Assembly (NCBI GenBank): GCA_963778655.1
Contig: CAVZVA010000005.1
Coordinates: 672,001-736,000, forward strand
Length of the DNA stretch: 64,000 nucleotides
Direction: 5' to 3'
From: an uncultured delta proteobacterium
Lineage (GTDB): Bacteria > Myxococcota_A > Polyangia > Polyangiales > JAFGIB01
The notes below the pieces were generated by a model that was given only the letters and a program-made list of their open reading frames with translations, made no database searches and was not told the origin of the DNA. Shown here in pieces: positions 32,501 through 41,438 of this stretch; positions within the stretch are counted from its first letter, which is position 1, and the number at the start of each line of letters is the position of its first letter. The translations under genes were made by a program, and so were the position numbers.

Positions 32501-35334
32501 CCGCACAGCTCGGCCAGCGCCTGCAGGCCCGAGAGCGCGAGCGCGGGCTCGACGTGATGGGCGTGACGCAACAGCACCAGGCCGGCATCGGCCGCGCTCG
32601 GGTCGTCGCGCAGCGCGGCGACCGCGTGCGCCGCCGCCTGGTCGTGCTGGCCGACCAGCTCTTCGGTGCGCGCGAGCTGGGCCAGGAGTCGGCCGCGCTC
32701 CGGGCCCGGCGAGGCGATCCCGACGCGCAGCGCCAGCGCACGTGCAAGGCGCCTCGGATCGCCGAGCCGGCGTGCGGCGCGCTCCAGCCGCGCGATCGCG
32801 ATGCGCGAGCCGGGCTCGAGCGCGAGCAGGGTCTCGCACACCGCCGCCACGGCCGCGGCGTCTTCGCGCACGGTGTGGACCTCGGCCAGGCGCGAGAGCA
32901 GGCGCACGCGCTCACTGCGGTCGCGGCTCAGCTCGGACTGGTCCTCGAGAAATGTGGCCAGGGCGATCACGTCGCGCGTCAGCCCCAGCAGCGTTTCCAG
33001 CTCGGCGCGCGGGGCTTCGGGCGCCGCGCCGAGCGCCAGCGCCTCGCGCAGCAGCTGGATCTTGCGCGGCCACTTGTCCGGCAGATCGGGCAGCAGGCCG
33101 GCGACCTCCAGGCAGCGCTCCGCGCGTTGCTCGGGTCGCGCCTGCTCGAGCGCGCGCTCCGCGGCTTCCAGCTCGACCCGGCGTGCCTCGATGCGAGCGC
33201 CCAGCTCCGCAAGTTGCGCGGAGGCTTGCTGCGAGGGGCTGCCGCCGCGCAGGCGTTCGAGCTGGGCACGCGCCGCGAACGCGAGCTGCGCATTCGCGAG
33301 GCGGCCTTCGGCCAGCTCGGCCAGCTCGGCCAGCAGTGCCTCGGCACGCCGCGGATCCTCGTCGAAGCAGGCCGCGATCGCCACCCGCAAGCCGTGCGCG
33401 AGCAGCGACAGCCCGCGCGTCCCGCGCGCGTGGGTGCGCAGCGCTTCGAGCGCGCCGGACTCGCCCGGTGCGGCCAGCAGCGCTTCGAACAGCAGCCACA
33501 GTGCGGCCTCGTGCTGGCCCTCCGCGTGCAGCATGGCCTGGCCCGCCAGCGTCAACCAGTGCGCACGCTGCTCCTCGGCACACGCGGTCGCCAGATCCTC
33601 GAGCAGCGTCGCGCGATACTCGCGCGAGGCGGTCGTGGCCAGATCCTCTTCTAGCGGCGCGTACAACAGATCGAAGTGGGGCTCGGCGTCGAAAGCGTCG
33701 GCGAGTAGCTCGGCGGCGAGCTCGAGCCGGCCCGCCGTCTCGGCCCGCTCGGCCGCCGCGAGCCGTAGCTTGCGCCGCTGTTCGGCGCTGTTGCAGCGCT
33801 GCGCGGTGTCGGAGAGGATCGCGACCGCACCGGGCCGCAGACCGCGGGCGTCGAGCAGCGAAGCGTATTCGTAGGTCGTCGGTACATCGCTGGGCTTGAG
33901 CGTCCAGGCCCACGCCAGCAGCGCCAGGGCGCGCTCGGGGGCCTCGTCCTGCATCGCCGCCGCGGCCAGACGCGCGTGCGCGTTCGCGCCGTCGACCAGC
34001 CCGCGCTCCAGCAGCAGCGCGGCGACCTGCTCGTGGGGCTGCGGGTTGTCGGGATCGTCTGCGGCCGCTTCGCACAGTGCCTCGATGCAGGCGTCGAGGT
34101 GGCCGGCCGAGCGTTCGATGCGCGCGCGCAGGCGCTGCGCCGCCCCGCGCTCGATCGGGATGCCGGCGGCGGCGACAGCGCCGGCGGCGTAGCGCACGGC
34201 CAGGTCGTGATCGCCGAGATCGTGGCAGTGCAACGCTGCCTGCTGCAGCATCGAAGTGTCACTGGGATCGGCCGCGGCCGCTTCCCTGAATGCGCGGCAA
34301 GCTCGCTCGAGCGAGCCGAAGCGGGCACGCCAGACATCGGCCAGCGCGGTGAACGCGCGCGCGCGCTCTGGCCCGGTCGCGCCCTTGGCTTCCAGCTCCG
34401 CGATGTGCTGCTCGAGCGGCAGCAGCGGATCGACCAAGGGTGCGGCGGCCGGCGGCAGCTCAGGCAGCGGCGTGGGCTCGAGCGGCTCGGCGCCGGCGTG
34501 CGCCTGACCCGGATCGAGGCGCATGCGCGGCGGTCGAATCGAGGCCACGGCGGAGAGAGGGTCGGCTGGTGAGATGCTTTCCGCGCGCACCAGCTCGGGG
34601 ATCCGCGGCGCGGGCTGGGGTAGGGTGTCGGGTGGCGGAGGCACCGAGGGTACGGCCACGCCGGGCGGATCGAGACGGATCACGCCGGCGCGCAGCAGGG
34701 CGGCGATGCGCGGCGCGGCCGCAGGCCGCTTGGCCAGGACGGTCGAGACCGCGGGACGCGCCGGCACATCGCCGAAGTCGGCCCACGCGCGCGCGCGGTC
34801 CGCGTGCGGACCGGGCAGCCAGTCCAGGCGGTGATTGAGGTGCGATCCGATCACGCCGGCGTCGGCGGATGCTGCCGCGCGCGCCTGCGCGTCCAGCAAC
34901 AGTGGCGCGAGCGCGAGCGGGGCCAAACCGTCCGCCGGCGCGACGTCGTCGGGCTCGAGCAGCGGCGGTTGCTCGCCTTGCTCAGCTGCGGCGCGCAGGC
35001 CCCGGGTCAAACAATTGAGCAGCAGCGCGCGGCGTGCGCGCTCGAGCTCGGCCGCGCTCAGCACCCCGTGGTCGACCAGCAGATCCAAGGCGCTTGCCCG
35101 CTCGCGGCTGGCCGCGAGCTCGTAGCGAGCCAGCACGCTCTCTGCGACGCGGTTCGAGCGGGTCAAGAAGCGTTCGAGCGAGTCATCCTGCATCGCGGGC
35201 AGCACGTCTCCGACCTGCCCTTCGCACAACACCAGCGTGCGGCCGCCGAACGCGACGCGGCCGCTGGCCCGCTCGGCGGCGAGCTGGAGCAGGCCGTGGG
35301 CGAGCGCGCTGCGGTTCAGGAGCGGGCTGCCCAT
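29530..35334 (-). CDS. Very large (~1930 aa) TPR-solenoid protein with Pro-rich linkers
   Basis: Many TPR-like motifs (AFREAAAADPSD, LADAFDAEPHF, YLSAFELAPTSGAAFKAL); coding-like codon use; start taken at MGSPLL. Confidence 0.8.
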   Translation of the reverse strand: MGSPLLNRSALAHGLLQLAAERASGRVAFGGRTLVLCEGQVGDVLPAMQDDSLERFLTRSNRVAESVLARYELAASRERASALDLLVDHGVLSAAELERARRALLLNCLTRGLRAAAEQGEQPPLLEPDDVAPADGLAPLALAPLLLDAQARAAASADAGVIGSHLNHRLDWLPGPHADRARAWADFGDVPARPAVSTVLAKRPAAAPRIAALLRAGVIRLDPPGVAVPSVPPPPDTLPQPAPRIPELVRAESISPADPLSAVASIRPPRMRLDPGQAHAGAEPLEPTPLPELPPAAAPLVDPLLPLEQHIAELEAKGATGPERARAFTALADVWRARFGSLERACRAFREAAAADPSDTSMLQQAALHCHDLGDHDLAVRYAAGAVAAAGIPIERGAAQRLRARIERSAGHLDACIEALCEAAADDPDNPQPHEQVAALLLERGLVDGANAHARLAAAAMQDEAPERALALLAWAWTLKPSDVPTTYEYASLLDARGLRPGAVAILSDTAQRCNSAEQRRKLRLAAAERAETAGRLELAAELLADAFDAEPHFDLLYAPLEEDLATTASREYRATLLEDLATACAEEQRAHWLTLAGQAMLHAEGQHEAALWLLFEALLAAPGESGALEALRTHARGTRGLSLLAHGLRVAIAACFDEDPRRAEALLAELAELAEGRLANAQLAFAARAQLERLRGGSPSQQASAQLAELGARIEARRVELEAAERALEQARPEQRAERCLEVAGLLPDLPDKWPRKIQLLREALALGAAPEAPRAELETLLGLTRDVIALATFLEDQSELSRDRSERVRLLSRLAEVHTVREDAAAVAAVCETLLALEPGSRIAIARLERAARRLGDPRRLARALALRVGIASPGPERGRLLAQLARTEELVGQHDQAAAHAVAALRDDPSAADAGLVLLRHAHHVEPALALSGLQALAELCGPSRSVLVLQTQAAQACGDRAALRASVERWVEVLPSDAAAHRARVLMRADQGDAESLLAAADAAINAMPVPEVLDAARVALDRLDALDAQEAACLLAQRIAEEQGLRDPELADRSAQLARRAGAPHLLTAALELLVAFVPDAQREAALLELAAHHLAQADAAGEVRALLRVLEGGARPAQVLARLRELFAGGGDGPRLLAAITLMAEGEQDPARHRELLLELATVAGQRLHELPRAEHYVRVLVAAGSDDITAVRAALGALFSLGDADWALERCLAIGDDCPAALASRVHLWCALTAEARAGDPARALEIARAAALRWPVFAEPLLVVERLTLATQDVDCAMQTYDALITAACGPHGRRALVYRAGRWLERAGLPEQALERYLSAFELAPTSGAAFKALQRVARQTGQLARLIPCYERLADQVRENRARCSLLVEAAELCARQIGDAPRSFSLLLLANAASERGELDERLLATALELRARDAESGRDALQQLAEQLEQRAAQLWNGEDKVRVLMRLCTVLGSGLARAEAALEQAEAALAIARQEELPAALQAEAESLRNAALARARRAGPSPRPSPPPAPAESQPAQPEVVAQEPPAAPPETVEQAPPAAALAAEIMDLEPESEPPPIAAPPPPPPTPAGSAAASRTHPDRAQDDARASLLEGPISIERLRQLYRTYQDAEHPAALYVLRQLLGSFDPEIRAPRDSEYHSGVWRGQALREAIGPGHTPELERLLSVLWDSVRVIARFRSPLSNYSLSERDRISRISVGPLAEAYAQAARTLERTDVPVYVLASAQGAIPRTLPTHPPSVLAGHVKAHERAGLQYGMARALWLARPEHVIGGVLPPEHAFALLEGSLQAFAPGLVRGTPSSASKELVAALWQNVPTREQRTLGESLRRNAEALQYPRLRARTRAVAARAALLASGGLRAALRQLASTESELADLDLGREEQFVLGCERCPALAETVRCALSEPYLSALGQTLRAQLRVSRV

Positions 35335-35542
35335 CGGCTGTCTCGAGCGGGGCTCGCACCGCCGCGCCCCGCGCCGAGCTGCCCAGGCGCGCGCCAATCG
35401 CGGTCACGGCGTAGAGGCCGTCGCAGCCTGCAGCCTACCCCCGGGAAGCGTCGCAACACCCCTGCAGGATATCAGCCCGGGCGCCAATTCCCCAGGCGTG
35501 TGGGGTCGCTGGCCGGGGCGCAGCCGGGCCCCGGCCGCGCCT

Positions 35543-37276
35543 TCAGCGCAGAGACAGCGTGAAGGGCAGCACCGCTGCCGGTGTGCCCTCACCCGACAGC
35601 AGCGTCTCGGCGATGCCCGGGCGCTGGGTCGCGTCCAGGCCGCTCGCGAGCAGGCTCTGCGCCCCGCCCCCGGAGGCCAGGCCGGCCACGGCCTGCAGCA
35701 GACCCGGGCGTTGGGGCCAGATCTCGATCGCGGCGTCGGGCGGCACGCCACCACGCTTGCGCGCGATCGCGAGCGCCGTCACCAGCCCGCCTTCGGCGTC
35801 GATCAGCCGTCCCTGGCGCGCGCGCCGCCCCGTCATCAGTCGGCCCTCCGCATAAGGCTCGATCTCGGGGGCCTTCAAGCCTCTGCCTTCGGCGATGCGG
35901 CTGACGAACAGCGCATAGCCTTGCCGCAACATGCGATCGAAGCGCGCGCGCTCTTCGTCGCTGAAGGGCTGCGTCGGGCTCTCCCAGCCCGCGTGCTTGC
36001 CGCGTGCCAGCCGCTGAAAGTGTACGCCGATGCGATCTGTCAAGTCGCGGAACACCAGCTTGCCTCCGACCACGCCGATCGATCCGACCAAGCTCTCGTC
36101 CGGCGCGACGATCTGGCTGCCGGCCGAGGCCACGTAGTATCCGCCCGAGGCGCACAGATCGCCGATCGAGACGATCACCGGTTTGCGTTTAGCCACACGG
36201 CGCACCGCGTGCCACATCAGATCGGCGGCCAGCGCCGATCCGCCCGGGGAGTTGATGCGCAGCACCACCGCTTTCACGTTCGCGTCGTCGGCCAGGGCAC
36301 GCATCTTCGGCACGAACGCTTCGGCGTGGGCGCCGCGGAAGCTGCCCGGGGAGCCACGCAGGATCGTGCCCTCGAGCACGGCCAGCACCACCCGCTTGCC
36401 GCTGGGCTGGCTCGCCGCGCCGCCGCCTTTGAGCGCGCGCAGCAGATCGCCCAGGCCGATCGATTCGTGCGCGGGGCGTAGCTGCTCCTTGACCACGCGC
36501 GCGGCGTGCGCCTCGCTCTTGGCCACCGCGCGCGCCGCATCGTCGAACTCCACGGCGTCGACCAGACCTGCGGCCCGGGCGTCGTCGGCGCTGAAGGGAC
36601 CCTGGTCGACCAGGGCCTGGGCGCGCGCGGGATCGAGGTGCCGGCCCTGCACCAGCGCGGAGAGCAGGCGCGCCTGCAGCTCGTCGAGCACGGCGTTCAT
36701 GGTCTGCTGCACTTCGGGTGGCATGTCGTCGCGCGTCAGTGGATCGCCGGCTCCCTTGTACTTGCCGATCTGCACCACGTCGGCCTCGAGCCCGAGGTTC
36801 TGCAGCAGGCTGTGCGCGTACAGCGCCTCGGCCGAGACGCCGACCAGGTTCAGCATCCCCGCCGGTGTCATGCTGATGCGGTCGCAGCTGCGTGCCAGCA
36901 GCGCATAGCCCAGGTTGTCGGTCGTCTCGAAGTGGCAATGGACTTTCTTGCCGCGCTTGCGGATGGAGGCCAGGGCGTCGCGTAGGTCGGCCACGCGTCC
37001 CCACGCTCCGCCCATCTCGCCGATCGTGAGCAGCACACCCGAGACCTGGTGATCGGCGGCGATGCTGTAGAGGCGCCGCAACAGGCCGTAGTGACTCGGC
37101 TGGGTGCCTCCGAGCAGGTCGTGCTCGGGCGACTCGGGCAGCGGCGCTTCGAGCCGGATCGTGCGCAGCTCGCTGCCAGCTTTCGCGGGCTGGTTGCCGC
37201 CGCAGGCGGCGAGCAAGGCGCACAGCGCGAGCAGGTACGCGCGCAAGCGCGGCGGATCGAGGCGCAGGCTTCGCAT
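35543..37276 (-). CDS. sppA: Signal peptide peptidase SppA (S49, two-domain), lipoprotein
   Basis: LLAAC lipobox; GKYKGA, AVVLRINSPGGSALA, ASGGYYVA, GSIGV, AEGRLMTG. Confidence 0.92.
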   Translation of the reverse strand: MRSLRLDPPRLRAYLLALCALLAACGGNQPAKAGSELRTIRLEAPLPESPEHDLLGGTQPSHYGLLRRLYSIAADHQVSGVLLTIGEMGGAWGRVADLRDALASIRKRGKKVHCHFETTDNLGYALLARSCDRISMTPAGMLNLVGVSAEALYAHSLLQNLGLEADVVQIGKYKGAGDPLTRDDMPPEVQQTMNAVLDELQARLLSALVQGRHLDPARAQALVDQGPFSADDARAAGLVDAVEFDDAARAVAKSEAHAARVVKEQLRPAHESIGLGDLLRALKGGGAASQPSGKRVVLAVLEGTILRGSPGSFRGAHAEAFVPKMRALADDANVKAVVLRINSPGGSALAADLMWHAVRRVAKRKPVIVSIGDLCASGGYYVASAGSQIVAPDESLVGSIGVVGGKLVFRDLTDRIGVHFQRLARGKHAGWESPTQPFSDEERARFDRMLRQGYALFVSRIAEGRGLKAPEIEPYAEGRLMTGRRARQGRLIDAEGGLVTALAIARKRGGVPPDAAIEIWPQRPGLLQAVAGLASGGGAQSLLASGLDATQRPGIAETLLSGEGTPAAVLPFTLSLR

Positions 37277-37450
37277 GGGCAGCTGCTGTACCCCGCCCCC
37301 GGCCCCCCGTCCACCACTCGGCTAGATTGCCTAGGGCCAGCGAATCTGCACAGATGAGTCAACGTTTGAGCACCGGAGCGCAGCGAACCACGGGGGAGGG
37401 TGGGACTCGTTGGGCTTTGGCAGCTCTCGTGGGTCTGAGGCGCAGCCACG

Positions 37451-39406
37451 CTAGCGACTCAGCTGTTCGGTCAGTAGCTCGCTCTGGCGCTGTGCGATCG
37501 AGCTGCGGACGCCCTTGGGGAAGCGGCGCAGGTAGGTTTGATAGGCGTCGAGCGCGTCCTTGCTCCGGCCGAGCCGGCGATAGGCGTCGCCCAGCCCGAT
37601 GAACGCCTCCGGGTGGCCGTCGCGTGCGGCCGGGCGGAAGTGGCTGATTGCGCGCTCTGGCTCGCTGCGCTCGAGCGCGACGTAACCGAGCCCCGTCTCC
37701 GCCCGCGGCATGTGCGGCGAGAGCTCGAGCGCCTGTTCGAAGCTGTGCTCGGCGGTCTGCACCGCTCCGCGCTCGAGCGAGGCTTCCCCGCGCCGCACCA
37801 GCTCGATCGGGCTGAGCTGCGGGGCGCTGGGGGCGGCCGGGGGCTGGCTGGCCTGGGGCGCGGCGTGTCCAGCTGCGCCTTGGGCGGGCCGCGGCGCGGG
37901 CGCCGCGATGGCCGCTGCCGGGGGCGGCGTCTTCGCGGCGCGCTCGGCGCGCTCGATCTCCGCGCCGAGCTCCGCGAGCAGCGGATGCTCAGGGTCGATC
38001 CTGCGCACCGCGTCCAGGTGCATGCGCGCGCCTACGATGTCGCCGTCGGCGAGCAAGCAGCGCAGCAGCAGGGCGCGCGCGCGGATCATGCTTGGATCCT
38101 GGGCCACCGCCTGCTCGGCCAGCGGGCGCGCCGCGCGCCAGTCGCCCTGCGCCTCGTCGCGCGCGAGCAGCGCCGCCACGCGCAGCGTTTCGGCCGCGGG
38201 CACGCCCTCGGTCGCGCGCGCGCGGTCGAGCTCGGCGCGTGCGCCCACCAGGTTGCCGTTCAGGCGCTGTGCGTCCGCGAGCGCGACGCTGGCCTCTTCG
38301 TTGCCCGGATTGCGCTGGGCCGCACGCTCGCCGTACAGCTTGGCCTGGGCCACCAGATCCCGCACCTGCGCGCGCAGCGCCCCGAGCTTGGCGCCGGGCC
38401 GGCCGCCCTCGGCCACAGCGGCGTCGAGGCGAAAGCGCAGCCACTGGCTCCACACCGCGTACACGCGCGAGATCGAGCTCAGAATGTGCGGGTCGTCCTT
38501 GGCGAGCGCGAGCGCCTTGTCGTACTCGCCAATCGCTTGATCGAAGCGATCGAGACGGTGCGCTGCGAGCAACTGGTCGCCGCGCAGCGAGAACACGCGC
38601 GCTGGCTCGACGTGGGGCGCGGGGTGCGGCGCGCGCAGCAGCATCGCCCCGCCCACGGCCGCGGCCAGCGCCAGCGGTACGCCGAGGAGAAACCAGAGCA
38701 GCGGACCGGGCGCGCGGCGCAGGTCGGGCCCCTGAGGGAGCTCGGGTGCGGGCTCGCGCGCCAGCAGCTGCGCCGGGGCGCTCGGCTCCGGCGCGCGCGC
38801 GTTGTCAGCCGCGGCGGCGGGCACCGGCGGCGGGGGGGAAACCGGAGTGCTCATGCCGGCTGCATCGAGCGGAGGTCGCGGTTGCGTACGTGCCGCCAGG
38901 TCGACTTCGTCGACCTGGCTCTGGAAACGGGGATTCGAAGCCGTGCGGCGCCGAGGCCGCTCCGGCGGGACCTCGCCGGTGGCCTCGACCGGGGTGGTTT
39001 GCGAGCTGGCCGGCTCGGCTACCAGCAGTGGGACCGGTGGCGGCTGGCTCATGCGGCGCACGCGCCGCAGCGGTTCGAACAACGACGAGAGCTCGGCGAT
39101 CTCGCCCAGCTTTCGCCACACCTGGCCGGTGCGAGAGATCTGGTCGTCGCGCTGGAACTGCCCGGCCCCGATCAGGCGGGTCAGCTCCGCCAGCGACTCC
39201 AGGCTATGGGTGCTGCCGTCGACCCGCTTCACGCGCCAGCGCAGCGCGCTTTCGGGCTCGGGCTCCTCGGGCGGCGGCGGGGATGCGGTGCGGTGGACCT
39301 TGAACAGGTGCCCGCACTGGGTGCACTTGACCGTGGTCCCCGTGGTCGAGATCAACCCCTCCTCGAACTCGTAGACGGTGCCGCATCGGTTACAGGTGAC
39401 GTCCAT
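37451..39406 (-). CDS. Zinc-ribbon (MJ0042-type) + GYF-like + TM + periplasmic TPR protein
   Basis: MDVTCNRCGTVY...VKCTQCGHLF; WRVK...DQISRTGQVWRKLGEIAEL; one TM; C-terminal TPRs (LGDAYRRLGRSKDALDAYQTYL). Confidence 0.85.
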   Translation of the reverse strand: MDVTCNRCGTVYEFEEGLISTTGTTVKCTQCGHLFKVHRTASPPPPEEPEPESALRWRVKRVDGSTHSLESLAELTRLIGAGQFQRDDQISRTGQVWRKLGEIAELSSLFEPLRRVRRMSQPPPVPLLVAEPASSQTTPVEATGEVPPERPRRRTASNPRFQSQVDEVDLAARTQPRPPLDAAGMSTPVSPPPPVPAAAADNARAPEPSAPAQLLAREPAPELPQGPDLRRAPGPLLWFLLGVPLALAAAVGGAMLLRAPHPAPHVEPARVFSLRGDQLLAAHRLDRFDQAIGEYDKALALAKDDPHILSSISRVYAVWSQWLRFRLDAAVAEGGRPGAKLGALRAQVRDLVAQAKLYGERAAQRNPGNEEASVALADAQRLNGNLVGARAELDRARATEGVPAAETLRVAALLARDEAQGDWRAARPLAEQAVAQDPSMIRARALLLRCLLADGDIVGARMHLDAVRRIDPEHPLLAELGAEIERAERAAKTPPPAAAIAAPAPRPAQGAAGHAAPQASQPPAAPSAPQLSPIELVRRGEASLERGAVQTAEHSFEQALELSPHMPRAETGLGYVALERSEPERAISHFRPAARDGHPEAFIGLGDAYRRLGRSKDALDAYQTYLRRFPKGVRSSIAQRQSELLTEQLSR

Positions 39407-39554
39407 GCAGTGGGACGGGACCGCCTCGCGAGCCGGCGGCAGCGACCCCGCCATGTCCGGGGAAAAACATCCTGCGACCTGGATTCCGTCTGGTCAATTC
39501 GCTAGATGGCGCAGGAACGCCGGGAGGGTGACACATGTTCTCATGTAGGTCACG

Positions 39555-40253
39555 ATGCCACCACAAGCCGGCCGCGGATTGAATGTGAACGGGGGCGAGC
39601 GCCAGCGCATCTGCCGAGCCATCGAGCACACGCTGCTCGCCGCGGGGGCCACGAGCGCCATGATCGACGCGCTGTGTGACCAGGCGCGCGCGCAGGACTT
39701 CGGCGCGGTCTGCGTGAACCCGGTGCAGGTCGCCCGCTGCAGGGCGCGGCTGCAGGGTTCCGGCGTGCGCGTGGTCAGCGTGGTCGGCTTTCCGCTGGGC
39801 GCGAGCCTCAGCCGTTGCAAGGCGCTGGAAGCCGAGCTGGCCGTGGCCGACGGGGCCGACGAGCTCGACATGGTGATGGCGATCGGCGCGGCCAAGGACG
39901 CAGCCTGGGCGGCGGTCGAGGCCGATGCACGGGCCGTGGTGTCGGCGGCGCAGGGCAGGGCGGTCAAGCTGATCGTGGAGACAGGGCTGCTCGACGAGCA
40001 GGAAAAACGTCGTGCGTGCGTCGCCGCGCTGAACGCAGGCGTGGCCTTCGTCAAGACTTGCAGCGGGTTCGCGCCGGGCGCTGCCAGCGTGGAGGACGTC
40101 ACGCTGCTCAGGCAGGCGCTCGGAGACGCGCTCGGCATCAAGGCCTCGGGCGGCATTCGCAGCGCGTCCGCTGCCCGCGCCCTGCTCGCCGCCGGCGCCA
40201 GCCGGCTCGGCACCAGCGCCTCCCTGGAGATCGCCGCGGAGCTTGCTCAGTAA
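39555..40253 (+). CDS. deoC: Deoxyribose-phosphate aldolase (start may be slightly downstream)
   Basis: IEHTLL, AVCVNP, VVGFPLG, GADELDMV, VKLIVETG, FVKTCSGF, IKASGGIR, RLGTS. Confidence 0.95.
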   Translation: MPPQAGRGLNVNGGERQRICRAIEHTLLAAGATSAMIDALCDQARAQDFGAVCVNPVQVARCRARLQGSGVRVVSVVGFPLGASLSRCKALEAELAVADGADELDMVMAIGAAKDAAWAAVEADARAVVSAAQGRAVKLIVETGLLDEQEKRRACVAALNAGVAFVKTCSGFAPGAASVEDVTLLRQALGDALGIKASGGIRSASAARALLAAGASRLGTSASLEIAAELAQ

Positions 40254-40258
40254 CGGGA

Positions 40259-40716
40259 GGGGCACGCGCCCCTCCCGCCCCACCGGCGGAGCCGGTGGGG
40301 CCCCACCCACCCGCGGGGTTCGCTTCACTGCGTTGCGCTCACGCGCGGCCAGCGAGCTGTTTGCGTCGGGGCACGCGCCCCTCCCGCCCCACCGGCGGAG
40401 CCGTTGGGGCCCCACCCACCCGCGGGGTTCGCTTCACTGCGTTGCGCTCACGCGCGGCCAGCGAGCTGTTTGCGTCGGGGCACGCGCCCCTCCCGCCCCA
40501 CCGGCGGAGCCGTTGGGGCCCCACCCACCCGCGGGGTTCGCTTCACTGCGTTGCGCTCACGCGCGGCCAGCGAGCTGTTTGCGTCGGGGCACGCGCCCCT
40601 CCCGCCCCACCGGCGGAGCCGTTGGGGCCCCACCCACCCGCGGGGTTCGCTTCACTGCGTTGCGCTCACGCGCGGCCAGCGAGCTGTTTGCGTCGGGGCA
40701 CGCGCCCCTCCCGCCC
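40259..40716. repeat. Tandem array of a 109-bp multi-hairpin unit, 4 full copies + 22 bp (REP/BIME-like)
   Basis: Units start at 40259, 40368, 40477, 40586, 40695; identical except one G/T difference in copy 1. Confidence 0.97.
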
Positions 40717-40793
40717 GGTGTGCTAGAGCGAGGGCGATCCCGCTCGCAAGCGCTATGCTTCGCCAGCAATCACGCCAAGGAGGCTCGACCGTC

Positions 40794-41438
40794 ATGCCCG
40801 TCGTGTCTGTGACCGAACAGGATTTCGAGCAAAGGGTACTGCGCTCGGAGCTGCCCGTACTGATCGACCTATATGCGGACTGGTGCCAGCCCTGCAAGCA
40901 GCTCGAGCCGATCCTGCACCAAATTGCCGACGAGCTGGAAGGCAAGCTGGCGGTGGTGCGGGTGGACGTCGACAAGAGCCCGATGCTGGCGCAGGCGTTT
41001 CGCGTGCAGTCGATTCCGATGCTGGTGCTGATCCACGAGGGCCGGCCGGTCGACCAGATCGTGGGGTTGGCCGACAAGAAGGCGATCATGGCGCTGGTGC
41101 AGCCGGTGCTGCCGCGCGCCGCCGACGAGGTGCCGCCGCGGGACCTCGCGCTGCTGCTGCAGCAACGGCGCGCGCAGGCGGTCGACGTGCGCGACGCATC
41201 CGTGTTCGCGCGCTACCGAATTCCCGGCGCGATTTCGATTCCCTCCGCGGAGCTGCTGCAGCGCGCCGCCGAGCTGCGGCCGAGCGACGGCCGCGTCCGG
41301 GTGCTGTACGGCCGCAGCACCGACGAGGCCAAGGAGTTGGCGGCCAAGCTGCGGGAGGTCGGCGTTCAGGTCGGCTACCTGGCGGGCGGCTTCTTGCACT
41401 GGGAGGCCGAGGGGCTGGACGTGGAGCGCGGCGGTTGA
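40794..41438 (+). CDS. Thioredoxin-rhodanese fusion protein
   Basis: AAGGAGG RBS; DLYADWCQPCK, VQSIP; then VDVR...RIPGAISIP...YLAGGFLHW. Confidence 0.9.
   Translation: MPVVSVTEQDFEQRVLRSELPVLIDLYADWCQPCKQLEPILHQIADELEGKLAVVRVDVDKSPMLAQAFRVQSIPMLVLIHEGRPVDQIVGLADKKAIMALVQPVLPRAADEVPPRDLALLLQQRRAQAVDVRDASVFARYRIPGAISIPSAELLQRAAELRPSDGRVRVLYGRSTDEAKELAAKLREVGVQVGYLAGGFLHWEAEGLDVERGG

Noticed and set aside
40259..40716. CRISPR array interpretation (22-bp repeat + 87-bp spacers)
   Set aside because: The intervening segments are identical and too long, there is no AT-rich leader, and no cas gene is in the window.
40243..40812. ORFs running through the 109-bp array
   Set aside because: The period is not a multiple of 3, so the same peptides cycle through frames; no RBS or coding bias.
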